Shown: positions 39,674 to 50,107, counted from the stretch's first letter. The stretch is 64,000 bases of DNA from Alphaproteobacteria bacterium (GCA_964291395.2 OZ219856.1:256001-320000), one strand, 5' to 3'. Program-made: numbers and translations. The notes: generated by a model not told the origin, from the sequence alone.

Positions 39674-41797
39674 CTATAGCGTCTGTGGGGAAGCCGAGTC
39701 CCGTGGGGCCGGTTGCGACTCCCACCTTGGCCTCCCCTCTGTGTGAACTTCCGTGTCGGGGAAAAAGCAGGCGGTCCGATGATCGGTGGCATCGAGCGGC
39801 TCGAGCGCCGGAACGCGCGTGGCACACACGTCGCGCGCCTTGAAGCAGCGGGTGCGGAAGACGCATCCCGAAGGCGGCGCGATCGGGTTCGGCAGGTCAC
39901 CTTCCAGGATGATTCGCGCGCGGTCGTGGCGTCCCCGCGGTTCGGGGCGCGGCACCGCGGAAAGCAGCGACTGTGTGTAGGGATGGCGCGGGCTGTCGAG
40001 GACCTTGCGACGGTCTCCGAATTCGACGATATGGCCGAGATACATGACCGCGACCTGATCGGACATCTGACGGATCACCGAGATATTGTGGGAGATGAAC
40101 AGGTAGGCCAGTCCGAGGCGCTGCTGCAAACTCTTGAGAAGGTTGAGGACCTGCGCCTGGATCGACATGTCGAGAGCGGAGACCGCCTCGTCAAGGATGA
40201 GGACTTCCGGCTCGAGGGCGAGCGCGCGCGCGACGGCGATGCGCTGACGCTGGCCGCCCGAGAAGTCTGTCGGACGGCGCATTGCCAGCGCCGGGCTGAG
40301 ACCGACGCTCTCGATCACCTCGTCCACGCGCTCCCGCCGGTAACAGCCGTTGATGCGGAGCGGCTCGGCGATCACTTCGTGTACCGTCAGGCGCGGGTCG
40401 AGCGAAGCATAGGGATCCTGGAACACGACCTGCATTGCACGGCGCTGTTCGGCCGTACGGCGGGCACCCTCGAGGGCATGTCCCTTGAGCATGATGATGC
40501 CGGCGGATCCGTCGATGAGTCCGAGCAGGGTGCGGCCCAGGGTCGACTTGCCACAGCCCGACTCGCCGACCAAGCCCAGCGTGGTGCCCCGCGCAAGCGT
40601 GAAACTGACGCCATTGACGGCCTTGAGCACATCCTTGCCCCAACCTCTCGCCTTGGGCACATGGAAGTACGTGTGAAGGCCATCGACCATGAGGAGATCA
40701 TCCTCGTATGTTGGGACGGCGGCCGTCATGTCTTCTCCTCCCCCGCGTACAGCCTGACTGCCCGGTTCGCTCGCGGCCTCTGTCGACCACCCCTGAACCT
40801 CGTCAATGAAATGGCACGCGGATTCGTGCGCCGCACCGATAGTTCGCCGCTCGGGTTCCTCTTCCCAGCACAACGCGCGGTCGCGGCGCAGGCTGCAACG
40901 GGGGTGAAATACACAGCCGCTGGGATAAGCACCCACCGCCGGCGGTTGACCGGCGATCGAATAGAGGTCGGACGACTCTGTATCTGGTCGCGGAAGGCTT
41001 CTGAGCAGCCCAACCGTGTAGGGGTGCGACGGCTGGGTGAACAGGGCTTCCGCCGAGGCGAATTCGAGCATCCGGCCGCCATACATGACACCGACGTGGT
41101 CAGCGGTTTCGGCGATAAGTCCGAGATCGTGGGTGACCAGCATCATCGCGGCGCCGGTACGCGCCCGCACCGCGGCGAGTACTTCCATGACCTGGGCCTG
41201 GATGGTGACATCGAGCGCCGTCGTGGGCTCGTCGGCGATGAGCAGGGTGGGTTCGTTGGCAACCGCCATCGCGATCATGGCGCGCTGGCGCATCCCGCCC
41301 GAAAACTCGTGCGGGAACTGCCTGAATCGACGTTCCGGGTCCGGAATTCCGACCAGCGCGAGCAGATCGACAACCCGCTCTCGGAGTTCCGTCTTGGCGA
41401 TTCCTGGGCGGTGGATCTGGATGATCTCGCCGATCTGCTTGCCGACACTGATCACGGGGTTGAGCGACGTCATCGGGTCCTGGAAGATCATTGCCAGGCG
41501 CCGCCCCCGCAACTCCCGCAGCTCCGCCGCTGACAGCTTCAGCAGGTCCTGGCCCTCGAGAAGGATCTCCCCGCCGGTGACCCGGATGCGGCTGCTCGGC
41601 ATCAGGCCGAGCACGGCGAGCATGGTCAACGTCTTGCCCGAACCGGATTCACCGACGATTCCGAGAACGCTCCCGGCAGGGAGGTCGAACGAGACGTTGT
41701 CGACGATGCGCTCAATGCCATACTCGGTCAGGTGGTCGATGATCAGGTTGCGCACCGAGAGCACCGGGCGGATGGTTGCGGTCGGTGAGAGTGACAT
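39674..41797 (-). CDS. fused DppD/DppF double ABC ATPase
   Basis: Two GESG(S/C)GK(T/S) Walker A, FSGGMRQR and FSGGQRQR, two Cys-rich oligo_HPY tails. Confidence 0.92.
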   Translation of the reverse strand: MSLSPTATIRPVLSVRNLIIDHLTEYGIERIVDNVSFDLPAGSVLGIVGESGSGKTLTMLAVLGLMPSSRIRVTGGEILLEGQDLLKLSAAELRELRGRRLAMIFQDPMTSLNPVISVGKQIGEIIQIHRPGIAKTELRERVVDLLALVGIPDPERRFRQFPHEFSGGMRQRAMIAMAVANEPTLLIADEPTTALDVTIQAQVMEVLAAVRARTGAAMMLVTHDLGLIAETADHVGVMYGGRMLEFASAEALFTQPSHPYTVGLLRSLPRPDTESSDLYSIAGQPPAVGAYPSGCVFHPRCSLRRDRALCWEEEPERRTIGAAHESACHFIDEVQGWSTEAASEPGSQAVRGGGEDMTAAVPTYEDDLLMVDGLHTYFHVPKARGWGKDVLKAVNGVSFTLARGTTLGLVGESGCGKSTLGRTLLGLIDGSAGIIMLKGHALEGARRTAEQRRAMQVVFQDPYASLDPRLTVHEVIAEPLRINGCYRRERVDEVIESVGLSPALAMRRPTDFSGGQRQRIAVARALALEPEVLILDEAVSALDMSIQAQVLNLLKSLQQRLGLAYLFISHNISVIRQMSDQVAVMYLGHIVEFGDRRKVLDSPRHPYTQSLLSAVPRPEPRGRHDRARIILEGDLPNPIAPPSGCVFRTRCFKARDVCATRVPALEPLDATDHRTACFFPDTEVHTEGRPRWESQPAPRDSASPQTL

Positions 41798-41798
41798 G

Positions 41799-42698
41799 TC
41801 AGGTGGCGCGGTCGAGCACGACGTCGCTCGACCCTTCCGTCGTGAAACTCTGACTGACGAACTGCGTTCCGGCCACCATCAGGAAAATCGCCAGACCCGG
41901 CAGGATCGAGATCCAAGGGTTCAGCTCGAGATAGACCTGACCCTCACTGATCATCAGGCCGAGGCTCGGCAGCGGCGGCTGGATGCCGAGGCCGAGATAG
42001 CTGATCGAGGACTCGATGATGATGATCAGGCCGAGTTCGTAGGATCCGACGATCACCATCTGCGGCAGCACGTTGGGCAGTAGGTGCTTGCGAATGTTCC
42101 AGGTTGCCGATGCTCCTTGCGTCGTAGCCGACAGTACGAACTCGCGTTCGCGCAGCGAGAGCGCCATCGCGCGCGCAACCCGGCCGTACGACACCCAGCT
42201 CGTGAACCCGAGCAGCAGCGTGAGATTGAGCAGGTTCGATCCGATCACCGCCGTCACTGCGATGAGCAGCAGAATGCGGGGAATCGAGAGCTGCAGGTCG
42301 GCGATGCCCATGATGATGGACTCGGTCGTGCCGCGGAAGAAGCCGGCGATGAGCCCCAGGGCCACGCCGGTCGCCAGACTGACCAGCACGGCGCAGAATC
42401 CGATCAACAGCGAGACTTGGGTGCCAAGCGCAATTCGACTCAGATAGTCCCGGCCCAGCGGGTCGGTGCCGAAGATGTGGAACCGGTCGTCTGCCCATTC
42501 GAGCGGGCGCAGGTAGCCAAATTCCAGGTCCTGACCGTAGGGGTCATAGAACGGCAGCAACGGCACGACGGCGACCAGGAACAGGACGACGAGCAACATC
42601 ACCATGGCGGCAGCCAGAGAGCCGCGGATTTTCTGCCGCCAGGCAAACCGGGGTCGTGGCCGGGCGGCTTCTGCTTCCAATTGCGGCGGCACGGTCAT
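41799..42698 (-). CDS. ABC permease DppC-like
   Basis: HIFGTDPLGRD, EFVLSA, HLLPN, PSLGLMI. Confidence 0.92.
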   Translation of the reverse strand: MTVPPQLEAEAARPRPRFAWRQKIRGSLAAAMVMLLVVLFLVAVVPLLPFYDPYGQDLEFGYLRPLEWADDRFHIFGTDPLGRDYLSRIALGTQVSLLIGFCAVLVSLATGVALGLIAGFFRGTTESIIMGIADLQLSIPRILLLIAVTAVIGSNLLNLTLLLGFTSWVSYGRVARAMALSLREREFVLSATTQGASATWNIRKHLLPNVLPQMVIVGSYELGLIIIIESSISYLGLGIQPPLPSLGLMISEGQVYLELNPWISILPGLAIFLMVAGTQFVSQSFTTEGSSDVVLDRAT

Positions 42699-43611
42699 TT
42701 GAGTCGGATCCGCGGGTCGAGGATGCCGTACAGCATGTCGACGATGAAATTGATAGCGATGAACAGGAACGATGCCACGACCACCCCGGCGATGATCACC
42801 GGATAATCGCGCTGCGTGACGGCCTGCACGATCAGGCGTCCCATGCCGGGCCAGCTGAACACCGTCTCGGTGACCACCGTGCCGCCGAGCAGAATGCCGA
42901 GGTTGATCCCGGCGATGGTCACGAGCGGCAGCAGAGCGTTGGGCAGCATGTGGCGCAACACGATCTGCATCCGCGTCTGGCCCTTGGCGTATGCGGTCCG
43001 TACGTAGTCCTGGCGCTCCTGCTCGCCGAACGCCGCGTCGAGCAGGCGCAGGTACAGGGCGATCTCGAAGGTGGAGAGGGTGAGGGCTGGAAGGATGAGA
43101 TGCTCGATGCTGCCGCGGCCGACCGAGGGCAGCCAGCGCAGTGTCACCGAAAACACGATGATCATCAGCAGGCCAAACCAGAACACCGGGATCGCCTGGC
43201 GGATGAACGCGGCCCACAGGAGGATCGCGCGCAACCGTTGACTTCCGCTGAGGCGCATGGCGAGTGCGCCGGCGAAAGCGAGCGTGATGCCAAGCACGAA
43301 CGACGTCAGCGCCAGTTCGAGTGTCGCCGGCAACCGCTCGAGGACGAGTGACAGTGCCGGCACCTGGAGGCGGAGCGAGTAGCCGAAGTCCCCTGTACCG
43401 CATTGGTCAAAAAGATGGTGTATTGCACCCACAGCGGTCGATCGAGGCCGAGTGCGGCGCGGAGTTCTTCGATATCCTCCGCCGTGGCGATTTCGGGAAG
43501 CATAAGGGCGAGAGGGTCGCCGCTCAGGCGCACCAGGAAGAAGGCGACAGTGAGGACCCCGAAGACGGTGAGAACCGCCTGTAACAGACGCCGTGTCACA
43601 TATTGGAGCAT
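42695..43611 (-). pseudogene. ABC permease DppB-like, frameshifted at 43390-43393
   Basis: ...GLDRPLWVQY..AVQG then DFGYS..ERLPATLEL, DYVRTAYAKG, RDYPVI in another frame; cag ggg act lacks one base. Confidence 0.82.
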
Positions 43612-43734
43612 CTGCCTGCAGCCCCCGTCTCGTTATCACTTGCGGCGCCGATGCCCATGGACCTGACAACCGGTGGTTCGCGCCGGCATTTCCCATTATG
43701 CCGTGTGACGATAACAGGCTTGGTCAGGCGGTCC

Positions 43735-44472
43735 TAGTGTCTCGTCAATGATCAAGTGTCGGGTAGAGGCGTTCGAGCTCCAGCCGAGCATCGTCGGTGA
43801 TGAACTGCCGAGGCGTCTCGTCCATGCAGACCATGGGGAAGGCCGCGTCGTACGGGCGTCCATAGACATCGAGAACCTTCTCCATGGCAGCGGCGAAGTC
43901 GGCGTTGCCTTGCGGGGGGATCATCCACCCGACACGCCGCCACGGGTTGAGTTCGTTTTTTTTAGCACCCGTCGCACCGTCTCGTGCGACACGGCGTCGA
44001 TGTAGCCGAGTTTCCACGACGCGATCGGCCAGCAGCCGCAACGACCATTGCGCGCGACCCTCGGGCGGCGCGCCGCAACTCAAGGCCACCAGGCGCGCCT
44101 CGAACTCGCCGTCGGCCTTGCGCACGTAGCTCAGCCGGCGTCCCTGCCGGCCATCCAGCGCCGCCTCGAGCCCGTCTTCCACGAAGCGCTTCTTGACCCG
44201 ATCCACCTTGCGCAAGCTGATGCGCAGAATCTCCGCGATGGCTTCCCCAGTCGCTCGGCGCTCGTTGAACGGGCCCTCGTCGCAGTTGAGCAGGATCAAC
44301 GCGTTGATCACCTTCTGCGACCGGTGCGAGCCCTTGGCCGTGATGTCCGACAACTCGTCCCGCTCCGCCTTCTCCAATGTCACCGCGTAGCGCTTCATGC
44401 TCCGATCCTCGTCCTGAAAGGACCAGAACTCTAGCACGAGAAATACGACATATCATCATTGACATGACACTA
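43735..44472 (-). mobile_element. IS630 family element, internally deleted
   Basis: TA at both ends; TIRs tagtgtctcgtcaatgatcaagtgtcg / tagtgtcatgtcaatgatgatatgtcg; A8 slippery run at 43956-43963. Confidence 0.9.
43745..44398 (-). pseudogene. IS630 transposase lacking most of the DDE domain
   Basis: HTH region, WSLRLLAD, KKNEL.PW, VCMDE joined directly to the C-terminal DARLELERLYP. Confidence 0.85.
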
Positions 44473-44575
44473 GACTGAGCGGGACGGAAGCTGCGGGCGC
44501 TGCCCGGCCAACAGATGCGACGCCCGTCGCCGGCTCCTGCGCTCGACGTACCCGGCGTCTCCGTCCGCAACGCTG

Positions 44576-45448
44576 TCAGCCGCCCCGGTCGAGGAATTCC
44601 GTCATCGTCGAAACGGTCTCCTGCGCTGCGTCCTCGCTGAGAGAACCCTCCGTCAGCAGACGTTCAGCCTGGGGCAGCAGCGCTGCCACAGCGTCGAAGT
44701 AGACAACCAGCATATCGTTGCGGGCGCATGCAAGAAGGGTGGGTGCCGTGACCAGGGGTAGACGCGTGTCCTTGGGATAGGCCAGCGCCGCCTGGTACGA
44801 CAAGTGGTAGGTCCGTGCCGCCTTGAGCACCTCGACCACCTTGTCGTGCAGGACGTCGGCCGGCGGCAGGCCGACGTCGCGGACATGCGCGGCGTCGCGC
44901 CTGTACCACGGCCAGAACAGAAACGTGTCGCGCACGAAGTTCCAGATCCACTGCATGTGAGCACCGTTCTGGTCGATGGTCACTCCAGGTGCGTAGTTTG
45001 CCAGCATGTCGTCACGTTCCTCTTCGGCGTAGACCGACATGCCATCGACGATCATCCGGTGCACCCGCTCCGGCTCTCGGATCGCTATCTCGCAGGCGAT
45101 ATTGGCCCCCGTGTGGCTGCCGTAGAGATCGAAACGCTCGATGCCGAGGGTATCGAGCGCGCGTAGATGCGCGTCAACGAACAGAGTGATGTCTCGGTTG
45201 GGGTCGCGCGGGGGCGGCGAGGAATCGCCGTTTCCGAGGGTGTCCGGTGCGTAGACGTAACGGGTTTCGGCGAAGCGGCGGATCAGGGGCGCCAACATCA
45301 GCGAGGAGCCAGGCGAAGGATGCAGCATCACCAGCGGCAGCTGGCCGGGCGCGTTGGTGCCGGCTTCGCGGTAGTGAACCTGACCCTCTGCGATGTCGAC
45401 GAAACGGCGCCAGACCTGGCCGGTCTGACAAGGTTGAGTATCGATCAT
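44576..45448 (-). CDS. alpha/beta hydrolase fold protein with non-canonical GSHTG elbow
   Basis: LVMLHPSP, APDTLGNGDS, LYGSHTGA. Confidence 0.82.
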   Translation of the reverse strand: MIDTQPCQTGQVWRRFVDIAEGQVHYREAGTNAPGQLPLVMLHPSPGSSLMLAPLIRRFAETRYVYAPDTLGNGDSSPPPRDPNRDITLFVDAHLRALDTLGIERFDLYGSHTGANIACEIAIREPERVHRMIVDGMSVYAEEERDDMLANYAPGVTIDQNGAHMQWIWNFVRDTFLFWPWYRRDAAHVRDVGLPPADVLHDKVVEVLKAARTYHLSYQAALAYPKDTRLPLVTAPTLLACARNDMLVVYFDAVAALLPQAERLLTEGSLSEDAAQETVSTMTEFLDRGG

Positions 45449-45492
45449 GCCGCGTCCTTCTCGGTCGAGTTCATGTGTCGGGCAGCAAGGCC

Positions 45493-46284
45493 TCACATCA
45501 GGCGACGGATGTCGTCGCGCAAGTCCGGACCGGGTTGGGGATAACTCCAGCGGCGACCAACAGAGAGGCCGGTGCGTCGGCGCAGTTCGACCAGCATTTC
45601 GGTGTACCGCAGTACCGTCGCCACCGAATCCATCACCGAAGTACCCTCGATCCCGGCAATCTCGTGCTTGTGCAGCACGAGGCTGAGAATGCCTTCAGCC
45701 GGGATCAGCAAGTCAGCCCCACGGTCCATGGCCGCGCCGGCAACACTGCGGAAAGCGTTGACGATCTGGTCCGGCTCTTCGAAGCCCCGATTGACATCGT
45801 GCTCGGAAATGTCCTCACCAAGACCAATCACCTGAGTGACCCGGCTTTCCAACTTGTGGCGCCGCACCGTATCGCGCAGCCGGCGCGCGTATTCCGGAGT
45901 CAGCGTGACGAGCGCGATCTCTTCGGCAATCGAACATCCGACCAGCATCGCGCTTTCCGCCAATGACACCACCGGTATGTCGACCAGCGACCGTGATTCG
46001 CGCAGAAATGGCTCACTGAAGCTGCCCAAGACGACGGCATCGAACCCCTCCCGCTCGGCTCGAAAACAGAAGTCAACCGCCTCTTTCTGTACCGCAAACT
46101 TGGTGTAAGGATAGCGGAACACGTCTGCGGGGAGCCGGTCGCGGTAGTATTTCTCCGATGCGCCGTTGAAAAAGATCTCGGTATCCGCCGAGACGATCGT
46201 ACGCGCATGATTCGCAACAAACTCGGTATAGCTATCCAGCCGGTTCAGTGGTGACATCGTCTGGTACCAGATCCGCATCGCCAT
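45493..46284 (-). CDS. Asp/Glu/hydantoin racemase family protein
   Basis: MRIWYQ, AEREGFDAVVLG, RSLVDIPVV, GADLLIP; catalytic Cys absent. Confidence 0.8.
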   Translation of the reverse strand: MAMRIWYQTMSPLNRLDSYTEFVANHARTIVSADTEIFFNGASEKYYRDRLPADVFRYPYTKFAVQKEAVDFCFRAEREGFDAVVLGSFSEPFLRESRSLVDIPVVSLAESAMLVGCSIAEEIALVTLTPEYARRLRDTVRRHKLESRVTQVIGLGEDISEHDVNRGFEEPDQIVNAFRSVAGAAMDRGADLLIPAEGILSLVLHKHEIAGIEGTSVMDSVATVLRYTEMLVELRRRTGLSVGRRWSYPQPGPDLRDDIRRLM

Positions 46285-46451
46285 GTTCCGCCCCTCCCAG
46301 GTCGGCGTGTGCTCCCTTTCGTGTTGAGACTTTCGGACATCTCGGAAGTGGGTGCAACGGGAGCGGATGCAAGCACGCAGGGCATCCGTGGACATCGGTG
46401 ACGCAACCCCGGCACTATGGCTTGGCAATAAGCGGTTGACGGGAACGGCCG

Positions 46452-47594
46452 ATGGATTTCGATCTGACAGAGGAGCAGCGCCTGATGATCGACTCGGTCG
46501 ATCATTTCTTTCAGCAGCATTTCCCGCCCGAGGAAGTGCGGCGCCGAGATCGCGCTCACCAGCCGCCCGACGATCTCTTGCCGGCGATGGCCGATGTGGG
46601 TTTCCTGGGCCTGCCAATCCCCAAACGCTACGGCGGCCTGGAGCAGGACTGGGGCACTGTCGCTCTCGTGCACGAACGCATTGCCTACCACGCAGGAATG
46701 GTGTCTTCGCTGTTCAACCGCGCAGTGTGCTTTGGCGCCATGTCATTGCTGACTTACGGTTCGGAACGCCACAGGGAGGAGCTGCTCCCGAAATTCGTGC
46801 GTGGCGAACTGCTGTTTTCGCTCGGACTGTCCGAACCCACCGCCGGCAGCGATGCTGCCGCCCTGTCAACCCGGGCGCGCAAGGTGGACGGCGGTTGGCT
46901 CATCAACGGGCGCAAGACGTGGATCAGCGGCGCCGATACGTCGCACTACATCCTGACGGCTTGCCGCACGGGAACCGGCGAGCGCCGCCACGACGGCATA
47001 ACTATGCTGTTGGTCCCGGGCGACGCCAAGGGATTGGCAATGACTCCCCTAGAGAAAGTCGGGAACAACGGCCTGTCATCATGGGACATCGGCTACGACG
47101 ATGTCTTCGTCCCCGATGACGCCGTCCTCGGCGAGGAAAGGAGAGGGTTCCGACACCTCATGACGACGCTTCAGTTCAGCCGCTCGGGCCAGGCCGCCAA
47201 CGCCGTCGGCCAGGGGCAGGCGGCAGTCGACATGGCACTGGCCCATGCCAAGGAGCGGGTCCAGTTCGGACAGCCCATCGGCCAGTTCCAGGCAGTACAG
47301 CATCATCTCGCCAACATGCAGACCCGCGTCGATCAGGCGCGGCTGATGCTCTATCACCTGGCCTGGCTGATCGGGCAGGGCCGGCCGTGCCGAAAGGAGG
47401 CAGCGCAGGCCAAGCTGGTGGCGAGTGAAATGCTCGAATACGTCGCCGGCCTCGGCATGCAGATCCTGGCCAGTGCCGGCTACTCCCTTGACAGCGACAT
47501 GCAGCGCATCTGGCGTGATGCACGCTTGTTTACGTTCGGCGAGGGAACAAGCGAGCTCCAGCGCAATATCATCGCGTGGGAAATGGGACTTTAG
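46452..47594 (+). CDS. acyl-CoA dehydrogenase family protein
   Basis: GLSEPTAGSD, INGRKTWIS, ERVQFGQPIGQFQ, GEGTSELQ. Confidence 0.94.
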   Translation: MDFDLTEEQRLMIDSVDHFFQQHFPPEEVRRRDRAHQPPDDLLPAMADVGFLGLPIPKRYGGLEQDWGTVALVHERIAYHAGMVSSLFNRAVCFGAMSLLTYGSERHREELLPKFVRGELLFSLGLSEPTAGSDAAALSTRARKVDGGWLINGRKTWISGADTSHYILTACRTGTGERRHDGITMLLVPGDAKGLAMTPLEKVGNNGLSSWDIGYDDVFVPDDAVLGEERRGFRHLMTTLQFSRSGQAANAVGQGQAAVDMALAHAKERVQFGQPIGQFQAVQHHLANMQTRVDQARLMLYHLAWLIGQGRPCRKEAAQAKLVASEMLEYVAGLGMQILASAGYSLDSDMQRIWRDARLFTFGEGTSELQRNIIAWEMGL

Positions 47595-47640
47595 GAGTCC
47601 GGTCCACAGACGGGAGAGGGGCGTGACGACTCAAGAAGGC

Positions 47641-48510
47641 ATGTCCGACATCTGGGCGATCGACGCGGTGGTGAACATTTGGACGACGGAGGCGATAAAG
47701 CTTCGCCCCCCCTCCCTGCGCGGGTTCTTCGTCGACAAGATCGGCGTCGAAGAGCAGACCTACGAAGGCATTTCGCTCGACGAGATGCTGCGCCGCATGG
47801 ACGCTGCGCGTATCGAGATCGGGATGCTGTTCGCCGCCAAGAGCGGCCGTCTCGGCCATCCCTCGACCTACCACATGCCGTACGAAATCGTCGCCGACGC
47901 GGTGCGGCAACATCCTGACCGGTTCCGCGCCATGGCCGGCATCGACCCCACCCAGGGGATGGACGGTGTGCGCGAGCTCGAGCGCGCCGTCACCGAGTTC
48001 GGCTTCATCGGGGCCCACTTCTACCCGCACTGGTTCGAGATCGCGCCCGATCACGCAAAGGTCTACCCGTTCTACGCCAAGTGCGTGGAGCTCGATATCC
48101 CGATCCAGATGCAGGTGGGACAGTCGCTGATCTATGCGCCGGACCTGCCGTTGCGCAGCGTCGGTCGGCCAATCGCCCTCGATGCGGTCGCCTGCGACTT
48201 CCCGGAGCTCAGGTTGGTCGGCATTCACATCGGCATCCCGTGGACCGACGAGATGATCGCCATGGCGTGGAAACACCCCAACGTCTACATCGGCAGCGAT
48301 GCGCACAGCCCAAAGTACTGGCCGCCGCAGTTCGTGCACTACCTGAACTCCTACGGCCAGGACAAGGTGTTGTTCGGCACCGACTTCCCGGTGCTCGACT
48401 TCGAACGCACCCGCCGCGAAATCGAGGCGCTTGGATTGAAGCCCGAGGCTTTGCGCAAGTTGCTGCGCGACAATGCGCTCAAGGTATACCGGCTCGACGG
48501 GAAGGCTTGA
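47641..48510 (+). CDS. amidohydrolase_2 family protein
   Basis: YPFYAKCVELDIP, HIGIPW, KVLFGTDFP. Confidence 0.9.
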   Translation: MSDIWAIDAVVNIWTTEAIKLRPPSLRGFFVDKIGVEEQTYEGISLDEMLRRMDAARIEIGMLFAAKSGRLGHPSTYHMPYEIVADAVRQHPDRFRAMAGIDPTQGMDGVRELERAVTEFGFIGAHFYPHWFEIAPDHAKVYPFYAKCVELDIPIQMQVGQSLIYAPDLPLRSVGRPIALDAVACDFPELRLVGIHIGIPWTDEMIAMAWKHPNVYIGSDAHSPKYWPPQFVHYLNSYGQDKVLFGTDFPVLDFERTRREIEALGLKPEALRKLLRDNALKVYRLDGKA

Positions 48511-48622
48511 TCCGTTCCGCGGCGGCGCGGCCTAGAGCAAATCCAGTTGAGTTGGAAACGGGGATGTCTCCAACCCGTTCGGTAAGTTTGCTCTACTTTT
48601 GATCTGCTCAGTGCGATTCCAT

Positions 48623-50107
48623 TCAAACGCGATCCGCTCTAGCAATCTCCGGAAGCCGGCCGACGAGTTCGGTCTTGAGCACCTTGCCGACGGAGTTCTT
48701 CGGCAGCTTGTCGACCACGAAGATCTCGCGTGGCACCTTGTAGCGGGCTAGCGAGGCGCGGCAATGCTCGATCAGGTCGGCGGTTTCCACGTCGTCCTGC
48801 AGGACGACGAACGCCGCTACCTCCTCGTTGTATTCCTCTGACGGCCAGCCGACGACGGCAGCATCGTGCACTGCCGGATGGCGCAGTAGGATTTCCTCGA
48901 TCTCAACCGGGTAGATATTGACGCCGCCGCGGATAATCATGTCTTTGGCGCGGCCCGTGAGGTAGAGGAACCCCTCGGCATCGGTGCGTCCGAGATCTCC
49001 CGTGTAGTAGAAGCCGTCGCGGAAATAGTGCGCCGATTCCTCGGGATTGTTGTAATACCCGGCAGGGACCCAGGGCGAGCGGTGCCGGATGCGCCCGATT
49101 TCGCCCAGCGGCACCGGCTGGTGGTCGTCGTCAACGATCTCGAATTCCGTCAGGAACGCCGCCTGGCCGACGGACGTCGCGTGTTCGCCGGTGTGGGCCG
49201 GCGTCAGTAGCGACACGAACCCGCCTTCGGTCGAGCTGTAGGCATTGACGAAGTTGGGCGCGACGCGACGCATGATGGCCTCGCGTTCCTCCGGAAACAG
49301 ATTAGCGCCGCTGCTAACCAACAGGCGGAGCGGAGCAAGCAGGTAGCCATCGCCGGCGGCGAGTTCGAGCATGCGCCTGAGCAGGGTGGGCACCAGGAAC
49401 AAAGAGGTGATGTGCTTCTCGTAGACGGCCGCCACGATCTGTTCGGGACCCCAGGGCGGCGGCATCATGACCACGGTGCCGCCGATCACCAAGTGACAGA
49501 GCGTGTAGCCGCGTGCGCCGCCGAAGTACATGGGTGTCGCGCACAAGAAACGGTCGTGTTCGTTCATCGTCAGCGTCACCCACTGGGTGCGGGCGCGCAG
49601 CAACATCTGCTGGTGGCTGAGCATCGGTCCCTTCGGCGTCCCCGTCGTTCCAGACGACAGCGACAGCAGCATCGGCGCGTCCGGGTCGCCCGGGAAGTCG
49701 CGCTCGGCGTCGGCGCGGGCCACGTGGGCATGCCACGCGTCATCGACAGGCAGGGTTCGGAGGTTGGGGATATTCTCGGCACCCTCCGAAACCAGCACCG
49801 TGCCCGCACCAAAGAAGGCGGCGACCCGCTGCTTCTCGTCCACTGTCCAGCGAACATCGAGCGGCAGCATCACTGCGCCGGCGCGGGCGAGCGCCATCAT
49901 CACAACTGCATAGTCGGCGCCGTCCAACATCGCCATGGCGACGATGTCGCCCGGCGTAATGTCGAGGTCCAGGATATGTGCCGCCGTTCGCCGTACGTCG
50001 AGGTCGAGCTGGCGGTAGGTGATCGTGTGTTCACCTTGGATCAGCGCGGGATGGCAGGGCTTGCGCCGCGCGTGATGCGGAAGCAGGCTGGCGATATTGT
50101 CGAACAT
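48623..50107 (-). CDS. class I adenylate-forming enzyme (acyl-CoA ligase)
   Basis: SSGTTGTPKG, YSSTEG, YTGDLG, GRAKDMIIRGG, PKNSVGKVLK. Confidence 0.93.
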   Translation of the reverse strand: MFDNIASLLPHHARRKPCHPALIQGEHTITYRQLDLDVRRTAAHILDLDITPGDIVAMAMLDGADYAVVMMALARAGAVMLPLDVRWTVDEKQRVAAFFGAGTVLVSEGAENIPNLRTLPVDDAWHAHVARADAERDFPGDPDAPMLLSLSSGTTGTPKGPMLSHQQMLLRARTQWVTLTMNEHDRFLCATPMYFGGARGYTLCHLVIGGTVVMMPPPWGPEQIVAAVYEKHITSLFLVPTLLRRMLELAAGDGYLLAPLRLLVSSGANLFPEEREAIMRRVAPNFVNAYSSTEGGFVSLLTPAHTGEHATSVGQAAFLTEFEIVDDDHQPVPLGEIGRIRHRSPWVPAGYYNNPEESAHYFRDGFYYTGDLGRTDAEGFLYLTGRAKDMIIRGGVNIYPVEIEEILLRHPAVHDAAVVGWPSEEYNEEVAAFVVLQDDVETADLIEHCRASLARYKVPREIFVVDKLPKNSVGKVLKTELVGRLPEIARADRV

